Assembly: GCA_036558625.1 (NCBI GenBank)
Contig: DATBFF010000222.1
Coordinates: forward strand, 1,309-65,308
Direction: 5' to 3'
DNA from: Mycobacterium sp.
GTDB lineage: Bacteria > Actinomycetota > Actinomycetes > Mycobacteriales > Mycobacteriaceae
Length of the DNA stretch: 64,000 bases
Shown here: piece after piece, positions 1-10,786 of the stretch
Position numbering within the stretch: position 1 is the first letter of the stretch
Layout of the letters: each line of letters starts with the position of its first letter
The notes under the pieces: generated by a model
What the model saw: the letters and a program-made list of their open reading frames with translations, nothing else
What the model was told of the DNA's origin: nothing
Databases searched by the model: none
Made by a program: the position numbers and the translations under genes

Positions 1-482
1 CTGTTCAGCACGAGGCCGGTGACGCCGGATGACCTGGCCTCCCGCCGCATCCGGTCCAGCCACAGCGTCACGATCAGCCCGCCGGCCGAGTGCCCGTAGA
101 CCAAAAGGCTCGCGCCGCCGGTCTCGTCAGCGATCAGCGCTGCCGCGCGCTGCAGTTCGACGTCGTAGCAGGCCAGGTCCGTGGTGAAGTGCGGCGTTTG
201 GCCTTCCCGCCAGGACCGACCACACTTGCGAAGGTCGATGGCGTAGAACGCGAAGCCGCGCCCGGTGAAATAGTCGGCGACTTCGGCGTTGAAGAAATAG
301 TCCGTGTAGCCGTGCACCGCAACCACGGCGCGATGGGCCGTCGCCGGATCTTTCTTGCGGATCACGGTCGCGACGATCTCACCCTCGCCGTCGGGATCCA
401 GGCCGAGCGAAAGCGTGCGCTTCGCGTAGCCCGTGAGCACGTCGGGCTCCCAGACGCTCTGGTCTTCGCGCGCTCGGCTCAT
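1..482 (-). CDS. Alpha/beta hydrolase (lysophospholipase-like, Rv2854-like); 3' end runs off the window
   Basis: Manual translation: [39 protein letters not shown]...[10 protein letters not shown]...YGHSAGG (GxSxG nucleophile). Divergent from mqo, as Rv2854 is. Confidence 0.8.
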   Translation of the reverse strand, partial: MSRAREDQSVWEPDVLTGYAKRTLSLGLDPDGEGEIVATVIRKKDPATAHRAVVAVHGYTDYFFNAEVADYFTGRGFAFYAIDLRKCGRSWREGQTPHFTTDLACYDVELQRAAALIADETGGASLLVYGHSAGGLIVTLWLDRMRREARSSGVTGLVLN

Positions 483-514
483 CCGACGCTCTGGTCTTCG
501 CGCGCGCGGCTCAT
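453..514 (-). repeat. Two tandem copies (period 32 bp) of the GATGAGC..GCGAAGA interspersed element at the hydrolase 5' end
   Basis: Minus-strand units atgagccgcgcgcgcgaagaccagagcgtc (514-485) and atgagccgagcgcgcgaagaccagagcgtc (482-453). Confidence 0.9.
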
Positions 515-557
515 CCCCGGCATCGTCACATTAGCCACCTTAGATAACCTGGGGCCC

Positions 558-2051
558 GTGCCAGCCGCGAAAGCCACCGCAAGAACCGACGTCGTGCTCG
601 TCGGCGCCGGCATCATGAGCGCCACGCTCTGCGCGTTGCTGCGGCTGGTCGAACCGAGCTGGTCGATCACCGTGGTAGAACGCCTCGACGGCGCGGCGGC
701 CGAGAGCAGCGACCCGTGGAACAACGCCGGAACCGGGCACTCGGCGCTGTGCGAGCTGAACTACACCCCAGAGCAGCCCGACGGGTCGATCAACATCAGC
801 AAGGCCGTCAAGGTCAACGAGGAATTCCAGATCTCGCGGCAGTTCTGGGCGTACGCGGCGGAGAACGGCGTGCTGACCGATGTGCGCAGCTTCCTCAACC
901 CGATTCCGCACGCCAGCTGGGTGCAAGGCGAAGGGCAAGTGGATTTCATGCGCCGCCGCCGCGAGGCGCTGGCGCGCAACCCGTTGTTCGCTGACGTCGA
1001 GCTGGTCGAAGAGCCCGACGAATTCGCCCGCCGGTTGCCACTCATGGCGAACGGCCGCGACTTCTCGGAGCCGGTCGCGCTCAACTGGGCTCCGGACGGC
1101 ACCGACGTCGACTTCGGTTCGCTGACAAAGCAACTCATCGCCTACGGCGTGCGCACCGGTACCGAAGTGTTGTTCGGCCAGGAGGTTCGCGACCTGCGTC
1201 GTGCTTCCGACGGCTCCTGGACGGTCGAGATCCGCAACAACCGGACCGGCGAAAAGCATTCCGTCAACACGAAATTCGTGTTCGTCGGCGCAGGCGGCGC
1301 CGCCCTACCTCTGCTGCAGAAGTCGGGTATCACCGAGGTGAGGGGGTACGGCGGGTTCCCGGTGGGCGGCAAGTTCCTGCGCACCGCCAACGCGGAGCTC
1401 GCTGCTCGGCATCAGGCGAAGGTCTACGGATTCCCCGCCGTGGGTGCCCCGCCGATGTCCGCACCGCACCTCGACGCGCGGATCATCAACGGCAAGACGT
1501 GGCTGTTGTTCGGGCCGTTCGCCGGATGGTCGCCGAAGTTCCTCAAACGCGGCCACCTCACCGACCTGCCGCGCTCCGTCCGGCCGAACAACCTGAGCGC
1601 GCTGGTCAGCGTCGGAGCAACCGAGATGAGCCTGGTGCGCTATCTGGTCGGCCAGCTCATGCTGTCGGACACCGACCGCGTCGACGCGTTGCGTAACTTC
1701 GTCCCCACCGCAGACACCGCGGATTGGCAGACCACCGTCGCCGGCCAGCGGGTTCAGGTGATCCGTCCCGAAAACCGCAAGGGCGTGCTGGCCTTCGACA
1801 CCACGGTGGTCGGTTCGGCCGACGGCAGCATCGCCGGTCTGATGGGTGCGTCGCCGGGCGCGTCGACGGCCGTCCACGACATGCTCCTTGTGCTCGAGCG
1901 CTGTTTCCCCGACCGCTACCAGTCGTGGCTGGGAAAGCTCAAGGAGATGGTGCCGTCCCTGGGTACGAAATTGTCCGACGAGCCGGCGCTGTTCTCCGAG
2001 GTCTGGGACTGGGGAACCCGCGCGCTCGGTCTGGATCGGGGTGGCACGTGA
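558..2051 (+). CDS. mqo: Malate:quinone oxidoreductase
   Basis: [17 protein letters not shown] motif, [34 protein letters not shown] start 7 nt after TAACCT (-10-like). Confidence 0.95.
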   Translation: MPAAKATARTDVVLVGAGIMSATLCALLRLVEPSWSITVVERLDGAAAESSDPWNNAGTGHSALCELNYTPEQPDGSINISKAVKVNEEFQISRQFWAYAAENGVLTDVRSFLNPIPHASWVQGEGQVDFMRRRREALARNPLFADVELVEEPDEFARRLPLMANGRDFSEPVALNWAPDGTDVDFGSLTKQLIAYGVRTGTEVLFGQEVRDLRRASDGSWTVEIRNNRTGEKHSVNTKFVFVGAGGAALPLLQKSGITEVRGYGGFPVGGKFLRTANAELAARHQAKVYGFPAVGAPPMSAPHLDARIINGKTWLLFGPFAGWSPKFLKRGHLTDLPRSVRPNNLSALVSVGATEMSLVRYLVGQLMLSDTDRVDALRNFVPTADTADWQTTVAGQRVQVIRPENRKGVLAFDTTVVGSADGSIAGLMGASPGASTAVHDMLLVLERCFPDRYQSWLGKLKEMVPSLGTKLSDEPALFSEVWDWGTRALGLDRGGT

Positions 2052-2503
2052 CTGTGACGTTGCATCGGTCGTGGGCAAAGGATCTCGCCACAACGACGCT
2101 GTATGAGCTGCTGAAGCTGCGTGTGGAGGTGTTCGTCGTCGAGCAGGCTTGCGCGTACCCCGAACTCGACGGACGGGACCTGCTGCCGGAAACCCGCCAC
2201 TTCTGGCTCGAGGACCCGCGCGGCGAGGTGATCTGCACGCTGCGGCTGATGGAGGAGCACGCCGGCGGGAAGAAGGCGTTTCGTCTCGGCCGGTTGTGCA
2301 CCCGGCGCGCTGCCCGCGGGCATGGCCACACCACAAGGTTGTTGACTGCGGCGCTGGCTGAAGTCGGAGATTACCCGTGCCGCATCGACGCGCAGACCTA
2401 CCTTGAGGAGATGTACACACAGCACGGGTTCGCCAGGGCCGGCGAGGAGTTCCTCGATGACGGCGTGCCGCACGTGCCGATGGTGAAGCGCGGCAGCGGA
2501 TGA
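2048..2503 (+). CDS. GNAT N-acetyltransferase, ElaA family (Rv2851c-like)
   Basis: [27 protein letters not shown]...AQTYLEEMY...F...[15 protein letters not shown] overlap with mqo stop. Confidence 0.9.
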   Translation: MTVTLHRSWAKDLATTTLYELLKLRVEVFVVEQACAYPELDGRDLLPETRHFWLEDPRGEVICTLRLMEEHAGGKKAFRLGRLCTRRAARGHGHTTRLLTAALAEVGDYPCRIDAQTYLEEMYTQHGFARAGEEFLDDGVPHVPMVKRGSG

Positions 2504-4302
2504 CGATCTACCCGTTCAGTGCGATCGTCGGCCATGAGCTGCTTCGGCTCGCGCTGGTGCTCTGCGCCGTGCGCCCGGAAGTCGGCGGAGTGCTGATCCG
2601 TGGTGAGAAGGGCACTGCGAAATCCACTGCGGTGCGGGGACTTTCGGCGGTCTTGGCCGAGGCTGGATTCTCCCGTCTGGTGGAGTTGCCGATCGGCGCC
2701 ACCGAGGACCGGGTCATCGGCTCGCTGGATCTGCAGCGGGTGTTGCGCGACGGCGAGCACGCGTTCACGCCCGGACTGCTGGCCGAGGCGCATGGCGGAG
2801 TGTTGTACGTCGACGAAGTGAATCTTCTCGGCGATCACCTCGTTGATGTGCTGCTCGACGCCGCCGCGATGGGTCGGGTGCACATCGAGCGTGACGGTAT
2901 TTCGCACAGCCACGAGGCGAAGTTCATGCTGGTCGGCACGATGAACCCGGAAGAGGGCGAGCTGCGGCCCCAGCTACTGGACCGGTTCGGCCTGACCGTC
3001 GACGTGCGGGCGTCGCGCGACGTCGACGAGCGCGCTCAGGTGATCAGGCAGCGGATGGCATTCGAGGCGAATCCGGACGCGTTCGCGCGCTCTTACGCCG
3101 ACGCCGACGCCGAGCTGGCGCGACGGATCGCCGCGGCGCGGGTCGCCGTCGGCGACGTGAAGCTGCCGGATCGCGAGTTGGTGCGCATCGCGTCGTTGTG
3201 CGCGGCGTTCGGTGTCGACGGGATGCGAGCCGACCTGGTGGTGGCGCGCACCGCGGTGGCGCATGCGGCGTGGCGGGGTGCGGACACCGTCGGTGAGGAA
3301 GACATCCGGGTAGCGGCGCAACTGGCGCTGCCGCACCGCCGCCGTCGCGACCCGTTCGACGAGCCGGGCCTCGACCCGCAGGCACTCGACGACGCGCTGG
3401 CCCACGCAGGCGACCCCGAACCCGACCCTGATCCACCGGGCGGCGGCGTGTCGTCGGAAACTCAAGAGGCGCCGGGTGATTCGGTCGCACCGCCAGCGCC
3501 GCCGCGTCCCAGCGCGCCGCCGTCCGCACCGTTTCGGACCCGGTTGCTCACTGTGCCCGGCGTCGGTGACGGCGCACCCGGCCGCCGCTCTCGGGCACGC
3601 AACCGCTGCGGCGCCGTGGTGTCCGCGGATGAGACCGAGGGTTTCGGCGTGCATTTGTTCGGCACGGTGCTGGCCGCGGCGCGGCGCACGAACGCAGCCG
3701 GACCGCTGTGCGTCGCCCCGGAGGATCTGCGCCGGGCGGTTCGTGACGGCCGCGAATCCAACCTGGTGATCTTCGTCGTCGACGCGTCGGGGTCGATGGC
3801 GGCACGCGACCGGATGGCGGTGGTCAGCGGTGCCACGCTGTCGCTGCTGCGGGATGCTTACCAGCGTCGTGACAAGGTCGCGGTCATCACGTTCCGGGGC
3901 GACGCCGCGGAGGTGTTGCTGCCGCCGACGTCTTCGGTGCACATCGCGTCGCTGCGACTCGCGCGGTTCGACACCGGCGGCAGAACACCACTGGCGCAAG
4001 GGCTTTTGACCGCTCGCAGCATGGTGGCCCGTGAACACGTGCGCGATCCGGCCCGCCGCAGCCTGGTCGTCGTGCTTACCGACGGACGTGCGACCGGCGG
4101 AGTCGACCCGGTGGGTCGGGCCGAAGCCGCGGCGGCGCTGTTGGTCAACGAGGGAGCGTCCGCGGTCGTCGTCGACTGCGAGACATCTTTCGTGCGTTTG
4201 GGTTTGGCGCAGCAATTGGCCGCCCACCTGGCTGCGCCGACAGTGCGGCTGTCGCAACTGCGGGCCGACGGCCTCACCGAGGTCGTGCGCGGCGCCGCCT
4301 GA
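2500..4302 (+). CDS. Magnesium/cobalt chelatase subunit (ChlI-type AAA+ plus VWA; Rv2850c-like)
   Basis: GEKGTAKST Walker [29 protein letters not shown]-terminal VWA DASGSM and LTDGR. Confidence 0.92.
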   Translation: MTIYPFSAIVGHELLRLALVLCAVRPEVGGVLIRGEKGTAKSTAVRGLSAVLAEAGFSRLVELPIGATEDRVIGSLDLQRVLRDGEHAFTPGLLAEAHGGVLYVDEVNLLGDHLVDVLLDAAAMGRVHIERDGISHSHEAKFMLVGTMNPEEGELRPQLLDRFGLTVDVRASRDVDERAQVIRQRMAFEANPDAFARSYADADAELARRIAAARVAVGDVKLPDRELVRIASLCAAFGVDGMRADLVVARTAVAHAAWRGADTVGEEDIRVAAQLALPHRRRRDPFDEPGLDPQALDDALAHAGDPEPDPDPPGGGVSSETQEAPGDSVAPPAPPRPSAPPSAPFRTRLLTVPGVGDGAPGRRSRARNRCGAVVSADETEGFGVHLFGTVLAAARRTNAAGPLCVAPEDLRRAVRDGRESNLVIFVVDASGSMAARDRMAVVSGATLSLLRDAYQRRDKVAVITFRGDAAEVLLPPTSSVHIASLRLARFDTGGRTPLAQGLLTARSMVAREHVRDPARRSLVVVLTDGRATGGVDPVGRAEAAAALLVNEGASAVVVDCETSFVRLGLAQQLAAHLAAPTVRLSQLRADGLTEVVRGAA

Positions 4303-4316
4303 GAAGGAGACTCACG

Positions 4317-4931
4317 ATGCCGCAGGGCCGGCCGAGCACCGTACCCGCCGACGGGCTGACCACCCGGGTGCGCCGGCACGCTCCTCTGCTCGCCGTACAC
4401 ACCGGCGCGGGCAAGGGCAAGTCGACCGCGGCATTCGGAATGGCACTACGGGCGTGGAACGCCGGGTTTGACATCGCGGTGTTCCAGTTTGTCAAGAGCG
4501 CCAAGTGGAAAGTGGGGGAGGAGAACGCGTTTCGCGAGCTGGGCCGGCTGCACGACGAGCGCGGAGTCGGCGGGTCTGTGGAGTGGCACAAGATGGGGGC
4601 GGGCTGGTCTTGGGCGCGCAAGTCGGGCAGCACCGACGACCACGCAGGCGCGGCAGCCGATGGCTGGGCCGAGATCGCCCATCGGCTGGCCGAGCAGCGG
4701 CACGATTTCTATCTGCTCGACGAATTCACCTATCCGTTGAAGTGGGGCTGGGTGGACGTCGACGAAGTGGTCACGACGCTCGTCGAACGCCCCGGCACGC
4801 AGCATGTCGTGATCACCGGGCGCGACGCCCCGCAGCGGTTGCTCGACGCGGCCGATCTCGTGACGGAGATGACCAAGCTCAAGCACCCGATGGACGCCGG
4901 GCGCAAGGGCCAGAAGGGCATCGAATGGTGA
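4317..4931 (+). CDS. cobO: Cob(I)yrinic acid a,c-diamide adenosyltransferase
   Basis: HTGAGKGKSTAAFGMALRA, LLDEFTY, HVVITGR, KHPMDAGRKGQKGIEW. Confidence 0.95.
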   Translation: MPQGRPSTVPADGLTTRVRRHAPLLAVHTGAGKGKSTAAFGMALRAWNAGFDIAVFQFVKSAKWKVGEENAFRELGRLHDERGVGGSVEWHKMGAGWSWARKSGSTDDHAGAAADGWAEIAHRLAEQRHDFYLLDEFTYPLKWGWVDVDEVVTTLVERPGTQHVVITGRDAPQRLLDAADLVTEMTKLKHPMDAGRKGQKGIEW

Positions 4932-6352
4932 GCACCCCCGCGGTCGTGATCGCCGCACCCGCGTCGGGCAGCGGCAAGACCACGGTGGCCACCGGCCTGA
5001 TCGGGGCGCTGAGGCGAGCGGGCCGCTCTGTCGCGCCGTTCAAGGTCGGCCCCGACTACATCGACCCCGGCTACCACACGCTGGCCGCGGGCCGGCCCGG
5101 CCGCAACCTGGACCCGGTCCTGGTGGGGGAGCATCTCGTCGGTCCCCTGTTCCGCCATGGTTGTGCCGGTACCGATATCGCCGTTGTCGAGGGCGTCATG
5201 GGACTGTTCGACGGGCGGATCGAGCAGGCGGGCGGAGCCGCACGCGGGTCGACTGCGCACGTCGCGGCGCTACTGGGCGCTCCGGTGTTGCTGGTGGTCG
5301 ATGCGCGAGGGCAGAGCCACAGCATCGCGGCATTGCTGCACGGGTTTGCGACGTTCGACTCCGCGATGCGGATCGGGGGAGTGATCCTCAACCGCGTGGG
5401 CTCGGAGCGCCACGGCAAGGTGCTCCGCCAAGGCTGCGCGCAGGCGGGTGTGCGCGTGCTCGGGTCAATCCCGCGGCATGCCGAATTATCTGTTCCGTCA
5501 AGGTATCTGGGTTTGGTGCCCGCCGCAGAGCAAGGTCGCATGGCCTGCCAGGCGGTCGACGCGATGGCAGACCTCGTTGCCGATCACGTTGACATTGCCG
5601 AAGTCGCGGCTCTCGCCGCCAGTACGGTCACCGCGGCGCCGTGGGAGCCGCCGTTCGAGCGCCCCGTCGCTTCAGCGACTGTCGCCATAGCCGCGGGCAA
5701 GGCGTTCACATTCGGCTATGCCGAGCACGTCGAGCTGCTGCAGGCCGCTGGGGCCGATGTGGTCGGCTTCGACCCGCTCACCGATCCTTTGCCGCAAAAT
5801 GCCGACGCCCTGGTGATCCCCGGTGGTTTCCCAGAGCAGTTCACCGCCGAGCTGTCGGCGAATGACGTTGCGCGCCAGCAGATCCGGGAGCTAGCTGCCA
5901 GCGGTGCACCGATACACGCAGAGTGCGCCGGGCTCACCTACCTGGTGTCAGAACTCGAAGGGCATCCGATGTGCGGCGTGCTATCCGGGTCGGCGCGGTT
6001 CACCGACGGTCTGACGTTGGCCTACCGCGACGCCGTGGCCGTCGCAGACTCTTCGATCCATACCACCGGTGATCGCGTGGTCGGCCACGAATTCCACCGC
6101 ACCACTGTGGAATTCGCCGACGCGTATCCACCGGCATGGGTCTACCAGGGCGAGAAGGCGCCGGTTCGGGACGGCGCGGTCCGGGGCGGCGTGCATGCGT
6201 CGTATCTGCACACGCATCCCGTCGCGGTTCCGCAAGCGGTGGCGCGCTTCGTCGCACAGGCGGCCGCCTCTAGGCTCGGCCCGATGAGCCGCTTGCGCGA
6301 AGAGAATCCAACACCGATGAGCCGCTTGCGCGAAGAGAATTCAATCCAGTGA
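4928..6352 (+). CDS. cobB: Cobyrinate a,c-diamide synthase with repeat-derived C-terminal extension
   Basis: SGSGKTT, FKVGPDYIDP, EGVMGLFDG, AECAGL, GHEFH, ASYLHTH. Ends PMSRLREENPTPMSRLREENSIQ. Confidence 0.95.
   Translation: MSTPAVVIAAPASGSGKTTVATGLIGALRRAGRSVAPFKVGPDYIDPGYHTLAAGRPGRNLDPVLVGEHLVGPLFRHGCAGTDIAVVEGVMGLFDGRIEQAGGAARGSTAHVAALLGAPVLLVVDARGQSHSIAALLHGFATFDSAMRIGGVILNRVGSERHGKVLRQGCAQAGVRVLGSIPRHAELSVPSRYLGLVPAAEQGRMACQAVDAMADLVADHVDIAEVAALAASTVTAAPWEPPFERPVASATVAIAAGKAFTFGYAEHVELLQAAGADVVGFDPLTDPLPQNADALVIPGGFPEQFTAELSANDVARQQIRELAASGAPIHAECAGLTYLVSELEGHPMCGVLSGSARFTDGLTLAYRDAVAVADSSIHTTGDRVVGHEFHRTTVEFADAYPPAWVYQGEKAPVRDGAVRGGVHASYLHTHPVAVPQAVARFVAQAAASRLGPMSRLREENPTPMSRLREENSIQ
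6281..6346 (+). repeat. Two tandem 33-bp copies of the GATGAGC..GCGAAGA element at the cobB/cysG junction
   Basis: ccgatgagccgcttgcgcgaagagaatccaaca followed by ccgatgagccgcttgcgcgaagagaattcaatc. Confidence 0.92.
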
Positions 6353-7554
6353 CGGAGAACCCGTACCTGGTCGGACTGCGGCTGGGCGGCAGGAAGGTCG
6401 TCGTGGTCGGTGGCGGCAGCGTCGCGCAGCGCCGGCTTCCGCTGCTGATCGCCAGCGGCGCCGACGTGCACGTCGTCACCCGCTCGGCCACTCCGGCGGT
6501 CGAGGCGATGACCGGAATTTCGTTGGAGCTCAGGGATTACCGCGACGGCGATCTCGACGGCGCGTGGTATGCGATCGCCGCGACCGACGACCCGGGCGTC
6601 AACGCGGCGGTCGTCGCCGCGGCCGAAGCGCGCCACATTTTCTGCGTTCGCGCCGACATCGCGCGCGACGGAACTGCCGTCACGCCCGCGTCTTTCGAAT
6701 ATGAAGGCCTTGCCGTCGGTGTGCTGGCGGGTGGCGAGCACCGGCGGTCCGCCGCGATCCGCTCAGCGATCCACGAGGCGATGCAGCAGGGCGTCATCTC
6801 TGACGCGCCGGAGACCGGCCATACCGGGGTCGCGCTCGTCGGCGGCGGCCCGGGCGACCCCGAGCTGATCACGGTTCGTGGCCGTCGTCTGCTCGCGCAG
6901 GCGGACGTGGTCGTCGCCGACCGGCTGGCGCCACCCGAGCTGCTCGCAGAACTGGCGCCCCACGTCGAAGTGATCGACGCCGCCAAGATCCCCTACGGGC
7001 GGGCGATGGCTCAGGACGCAATCAACACCGTGCTCGTCGACCGCGCGAAACAAGGCAAGTTCGTCGTCCGGCTCAAAGGCGGCGACCCCTTCGTGTTCGC
7101 CCGAGGGTACGAGGAGGTGCTCGCCTGCGCCGACGCGGGCATTCCGGTAATGGTCGTGCCGGGTGTGACAAGCGCCATAGCTGTACCCGCATTGGCCGGC
7201 GTTCCGGTCACCCACCGGTCGGTCACGCACGAGTTTGTGGTGGTCAGCGGCCATGTTCCACCGGGGCACCCGGAATCGTTAGTGAATTGGGACGCGCTGG
7301 CGGCGATGTCGGGGACGATCGTGTTGATGATGGCGGTCGAGCGGATCGAGCAGTTCGCCGACGCCTTGCTCGCGGGCGGCCGACCTGCGGGAACTCCGGT
7401 TTTGGTGATTCAGCAGGGCACTACCGCGGCCGAACGCACTGTGCTCACATCACTTGCTGACGCGCCGAAACGGATTCGCGAAGAGGGTATTCGACCTCCG
7501 GCGATCATCGTCATCGGGCCGGTCGCAGGATTCGCGGAATTAAAGAATCCCTAA
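6349..7554 (+). CDS. cysG: Precorrin-2 dehydrogenase / uroporphyrinogen-III C-methyltransferase (siroheme synthase, Rv2847c-like)
   Basis: VVVVGGGSVAQRR NAD motif, VALVGGGPGDPELIT, RLKGGDPFVFARG. Confidence 0.93.
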   Translation: MTENPYLVGLRLGGRKVVVVGGGSVAQRRLPLLIASGADVHVVTRSATPAVEAMTGISLELRDYRDGDLDGAWYAIAATDDPGVNAAVVAAAEARHIFCVRADIARDGTAVTPASFEYEGLAVGVLAGGEHRRSAAIRSAIHEAMQQGVISDAPETGHTGVALVGGGPGDPELITVRGRRLLAQADVVVADRLAPPELLAELAPHVEVIDAAKIPYGRAMAQDAINTVLVDRAKQGKFVVRLKGGDPFVFARGYEEVLACADAGIPVMVVPGVTSAIAVPALAGVPVTHRSVTHEFVVVSGHVPPGHPESLVNWDALAAMSGTIVLMMAVERIEQFADALLAGGRPAGTPVLVIQQGTTAAERTVLTSLADAPKRIREEGIRPPAIIVIGPVAGFAELKNP

Positions 7555-7576
7555 GAGTACTGTAAGGTAACTTCGC

Positions 7577-9157
7577 ATGACGGCTCTCAGTGATGCGGAG
7601 CGCGCGACGGTGGTTTCGCGCCGCGAAAGGACTGCTGTCGATCGCGCCAATCAGGCCGCTTTGCAGGCCTCGCAGCGCACTTCCCGGGCTCGTCCCGCGT
7701 GGCTGCCGTCGCGTCGGTTTGTCGCCGCGGTGGTTGCCATCGGAGGCATGCAGCTGCTCGCCACGATGGACAGCACCGTCGCGATCGTCGCGTTGCCGAA
7801 GATCCAGGACGAGCTGAATCTGTCCGACGCCGGTCGCAGCTGGGTGATCACCGCCTACGTGTTGACGTTCGGCGGGCTGATGCTGCTCGGCGGCCGGCTC
7901 GGCGATGCGATCGGCCGCAAGCGCACGTTCATCGCCGGTGTCGCGATGTTCACGATCGCGTCGATCCTCTGCGGCCTGGCGTGGAATGAGCCGACGATGG
8001 TCACCGCGCGGCTGCTGCAGGGCGTCGGCGCTGCTATCGCGTCGCCCACGGCCCTTGCGCTGATCGCGACCACCTTCCCCAAGGGCCCGGCCCGCAACAT
8101 GGCGACCGCAATCTTCGCGGCGATGACGGGCATCGGCTCGGTTATGGGCCTGATCGTCGGCGGCGCCCTGACCGAGGTGTCGTGGCGGTGGGCATTTTTG
8201 ATCAACGTGCCGATCGGGTTGTTGATGGTCTATTTGGCCTACACCACGCTCGTCGAAACGCATCGCGAGCCAATGAAACTCGATGCCACCGGCGCGATCC
8301 TGGCCACGCTGGGCTGCACAGCAGCGGTGTTCGGCTTCTCGATGGGACCGGAGGCGGGCTGGCTGTCACCACTGACGGTCGGCTCCGGCATCGCGGCGCT
8401 GGTGTTCCTCGGCATGTTCGCGATGACGGAACGCACCGCCGAGAACCCGCTGGTACCGCTCGACCTGTTCCGCGACCGCAACCGGGTGGCGACGTTCGCG
8501 GCGATCTTCCTCGCCGGTGGTGTGATGTTCACCCTGACCGTGCTGATCGGCCTGTACGTCCAGGACATCATGGGCTACAGCGCGCTGCGTGCGGGCGTCG
8601 GCTTCATCCCGTTCGTGATCGCGCTGGGCATCGGGCTGGGGATGTCGTCACATCTGGTGTCACAGTTCCCGCCGCGGGTCCTGGTTATCGCAGGCGGCGT
8701 GTTCGTGCTTGGCGCGATGATCTACGGCTCGACGCTCAACGGCGGCATCCCGTACTTCCCCAACCTGGTGCTGCCGATCACGGTCGGTGGGTTCGGCATC
8801 GGCATGATCGTGGTCCCGCTGACTGTGTCCGCGATCGCGGGCGTCGGCTTCGACCGGATCGGACCGGTGTCGGCGATCGCGCTGATGCTGCAGAATCTCG
8901 GCGGCCCGGTGATCCTGGCGATTGTGCAGGCCGTCATCACGTCGCGCACGCTGTACCTCGGCGGTACAACCGGTCCGGTGAAGAACATGAATGCGGCGCA
9001 GTTGCACGCACTCGACCACGGCTACACCTACGGGCTGCTGTGGGTGGCGGGCGTCGCGATCATCGTTGGGGGGGCGGCGTTGTTCATCGGCTACACCTCC
9101 AAAGAGGTGGCGCACGCGCAGGAAGTCAAGGACGCGCTGGACGCCGGAGAGCTTTAG
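7577..9157 (+). CDS. efpA: DHA2/MFS efflux pump EfpA
   Basis: GGMQLLATMDSTVAIVALPKIQ, GGRLGDAIGRKR, multiple TM segments; syntenic between cysG and proS. Confidence 0.9.
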   Translation: MTALSDAERATVVSRRERTAVDRANQAALQASQRTSRARPAWLPSRRFVAAVVAIGGMQLLATMDSTVAIVALPKIQDELNLSDAGRSWVITAYVLTFGGLMLLGGRLGDAIGRKRTFIAGVAMFTIASILCGLAWNEPTMVTARLLQGVGAAIASPTALALIATTFPKGPARNMATAIFAAMTGIGSVMGLIVGGALTEVSWRWAFLINVPIGLLMVYLAYTTLVETHREPMKLDATGAILATLGCTAAVFGFSMGPEAGWLSPLTVGSGIAALVFLGMFAMTERTAENPLVPLDLFRDRNRVATFAAIFLAGGVMFTLTVLIGLYVQDIMGYSALRAGVGFIPFVIALGIGLGMSSHLVSQFPPRVLVIAGGVFVLGAMIYGSTLNGGIPYFPNLVLPITVGGFGIGMIVVPLTVSAIAGVGFDRIGPVSAIALMLQNLGGPVILAIVQAVITSRTLYLGGTTGPVKNMNAAQLHALDHGYTYGLLWVAGVAIIVGGAALFIGYTSKEVAHAQEVKDALDAGEL

Positions 9158-9219
9158 CTCGACATTTGGCGCCGGAGAGCTTTAGCTCGACATTGGGCTC
9201 CGGAGAGCTTTAGCTCGAC
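9143..9219 (+). repeat. 28-bp tandem repeat (~2.75 copies) spanning the efpA stop codon
   Basis: gccggagagctttagctcgacatttggc / gccggagagctttagctcgacattgggc / tccggagagctttagctcgac. Confidence 0.92.
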
Positions 9220-9243
9220 GCCCCCCTCGGTAGGGTAGCCGCC

Positions 9244-10707
9244 ATGTTCGCGGCGCGACGTAGCCAACGGACGCCGCTGGCCGCCAGCGTCGTCGGAATC
9301 GCGATCATCGCGATCACCGGCATGCAGCTGATGTCGACGCTCGACGGCACGATCGTCATCGTCGCGCTGCCCCGCATGCAGATCGACCTGAACATGTCGG
9401 ACGCCGCGAAGAGCTGGGTGATCACCGCCTATGTGCTGACGTTCGGCGGCTTGCTACTGCTCGGCGGCAGGGTCGGTGATGCCGTCGGCCACAAACGCGC
9501 GTTCATCGGCGGGGTCGCCGTGTTCACGGCGGCATCGCTGGTGTGCGGCCTGGCATACGACCCGGCCATGCTGATCGTCGCCCGCGCAGTGCAGGGCACG
9601 GGCGCCGCCGTGGCCGCACCCACCGGACTGGCGCTGATCGCGTCGACGTATGCGGTCGGCCACGCCCGGAACCAGGCGATGGCGGTGTCGGCCGCGATGC
9701 AGGGCGTCGGCTCGGTGCTCGGCCTGGTGCTCGGCGGCGCGTTCACCGTGATCTCGTGGCGGCTGGCGTTTTTGATCAACGTGCCGATTGGGATCGTCAT
9801 CATCTACATCGCGATGACGCGGTTGCGGGAGACGCACCGCGAAAGGCTGCGACTCGACGCGCTCGGTGCCTTCTTGGCGACACTGGCCTGCACGATGGCC
9901 GTGCTGGTGTTCACGCAAGGCCCCCCGCTGGGGTGGGCCAGCCCGTGGGTGGTCGGCGCCGGCGTGGCCACGGTGCTGCTGCTGGGCGCGTTTTTGCTGG
10001 TCGAACGCACCGCCGAGCACCCGCTTGTGCCGCTGTCGTTGTTCACCCATCGCAACCGGGTGATGACGTTCGTGTCGCTGTTCATGGCGGGCGGCGTGTT
10101 GCTGACGCTGACGGTGATGATCGGCCTCTACGTGCAGGTCGTGCTCGGGTACTCGGCGCTGCGGGCGGGCATCTGCTTCATCCCGTTCGCTGTCGCGCTG
10201 GGTCTCGGCAACGTGTCCGCGGCACGGGTGGCGCCGCTGATCGCGCCGCGCTGGCTGATTCTCGGCGGCGGCTTGTTCGTGTTGGGCGCGATGCTGTACG
10301 GCTCGACGCTGAACCGCTCGCTGTCCTACTTCCCGGAGCTGTTCGTGCCGATCGTCGTCGGCGGCTTCGGGATCGGCGTGATCTCGGTGATCCTGCCGCT
10401 GTGCGCCCTCGCCGAGGTCGGGCCACGCGAGATCGGCCCGGTCGCCGCGATCACGCTGATGGTGCAGAACCTCGGCGGGCCGCTCGTGCTCGTCGTGATT
10501 CAGGCCGTGCAGGTGTCGCGCACCCTGTACTTGGAGAAGACCACCACCCCCGCTTACGCACTGGACCATGGCTACACGTACTCGCTGCTGTGGGTCGCCG
10601 CCATCGCGGTGCTGGTGGGCATCAGCGCGTTCTGGATCGGGTTCTCGGCCCGGCAGATCGCGGCCGCGCAGTACACCCGCGAGGCCGTCGAGGCGGGCGA
10701 ACTGTAG
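9244..10707 (+). CDS. Second EfpA-like MFS efflux pump (tandem paralogue)
   Basis: [31 protein letters not shown], same EAGEL-type C-terminus. ATG 7 nt after TAGGGT. Confidence 0.9.
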   Translation: MFAARRSQRTPLAASVVGIAIIAITGMQLMSTLDGTIVIVALPRMQIDLNMSDAAKSWVITAYVLTFGGLLLLGGRVGDAVGHKRAFIGGVAVFTAASLVCGLAYDPAMLIVARAVQGTGAAVAAPTGLALIASTYAVGHARNQAMAVSAAMQGVGSVLGLVLGGAFTVISWRLAFLINVPIGIVIIYIAMTRLRETHRERLRLDALGAFLATLACTMAVLVFTQGPPLGWASPWVVGAGVATVLLLGAFLLVERTAEHPLVPLSLFTHRNRVMTFVSLFMAGGVLLTLTVMIGLYVQVVLGYSALRAGICFIPFAVALGLGNVSAARVAPLIAPRWLILGGGLFVLGAMLYGSTLNRSLSYFPELFVPIVVGGFGIGVISVILPLCALAEVGPREIGPVAAITLMVQNLGGPLVLVVIQAVQVSRTLYLEKTTTPAYALDHGYTYSLLWVAAIAVLVGISAFWIGFSARQIAAAQYTREAVEAGEL

Positions 10708-10713
10708 TCCTCG

Positions 10714-10775
10714 CGCCGAGAACACACTTGATGACGGATTCCGGCCCGATTTCGTCAACAACTGTGTTCTCGGCG
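10714..10775. repeat. REP-like palindromic element / possible terminator
   Basis: Arms cgccgagaacac and gtgttctcggcg; homologous in inverted orientation to 46201-46263. Confidence 0.75.
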
Positions 10776-10786
10776 AAGATGGGCCT

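Noticed and set aside
90-557. N-terminal extension of the mqo ORF
   Set aside because: Overlaps the divergent hydrolase; Mqo homology starts near the GTG at 558 with a -10 hexamer upstream.
7478-7500. ttcgcgaagag in cysG as another element copy
   Set aside because: Lacks the GATGAGC half and encodes the ordinary IREEGIRPP CysG motif.
9143-9219. 28-bp repeats as a CRISPR array
   Set aside because: Units are head-to-tail without unique spacers, copy the efpA 3' end, and no cas genes are present.
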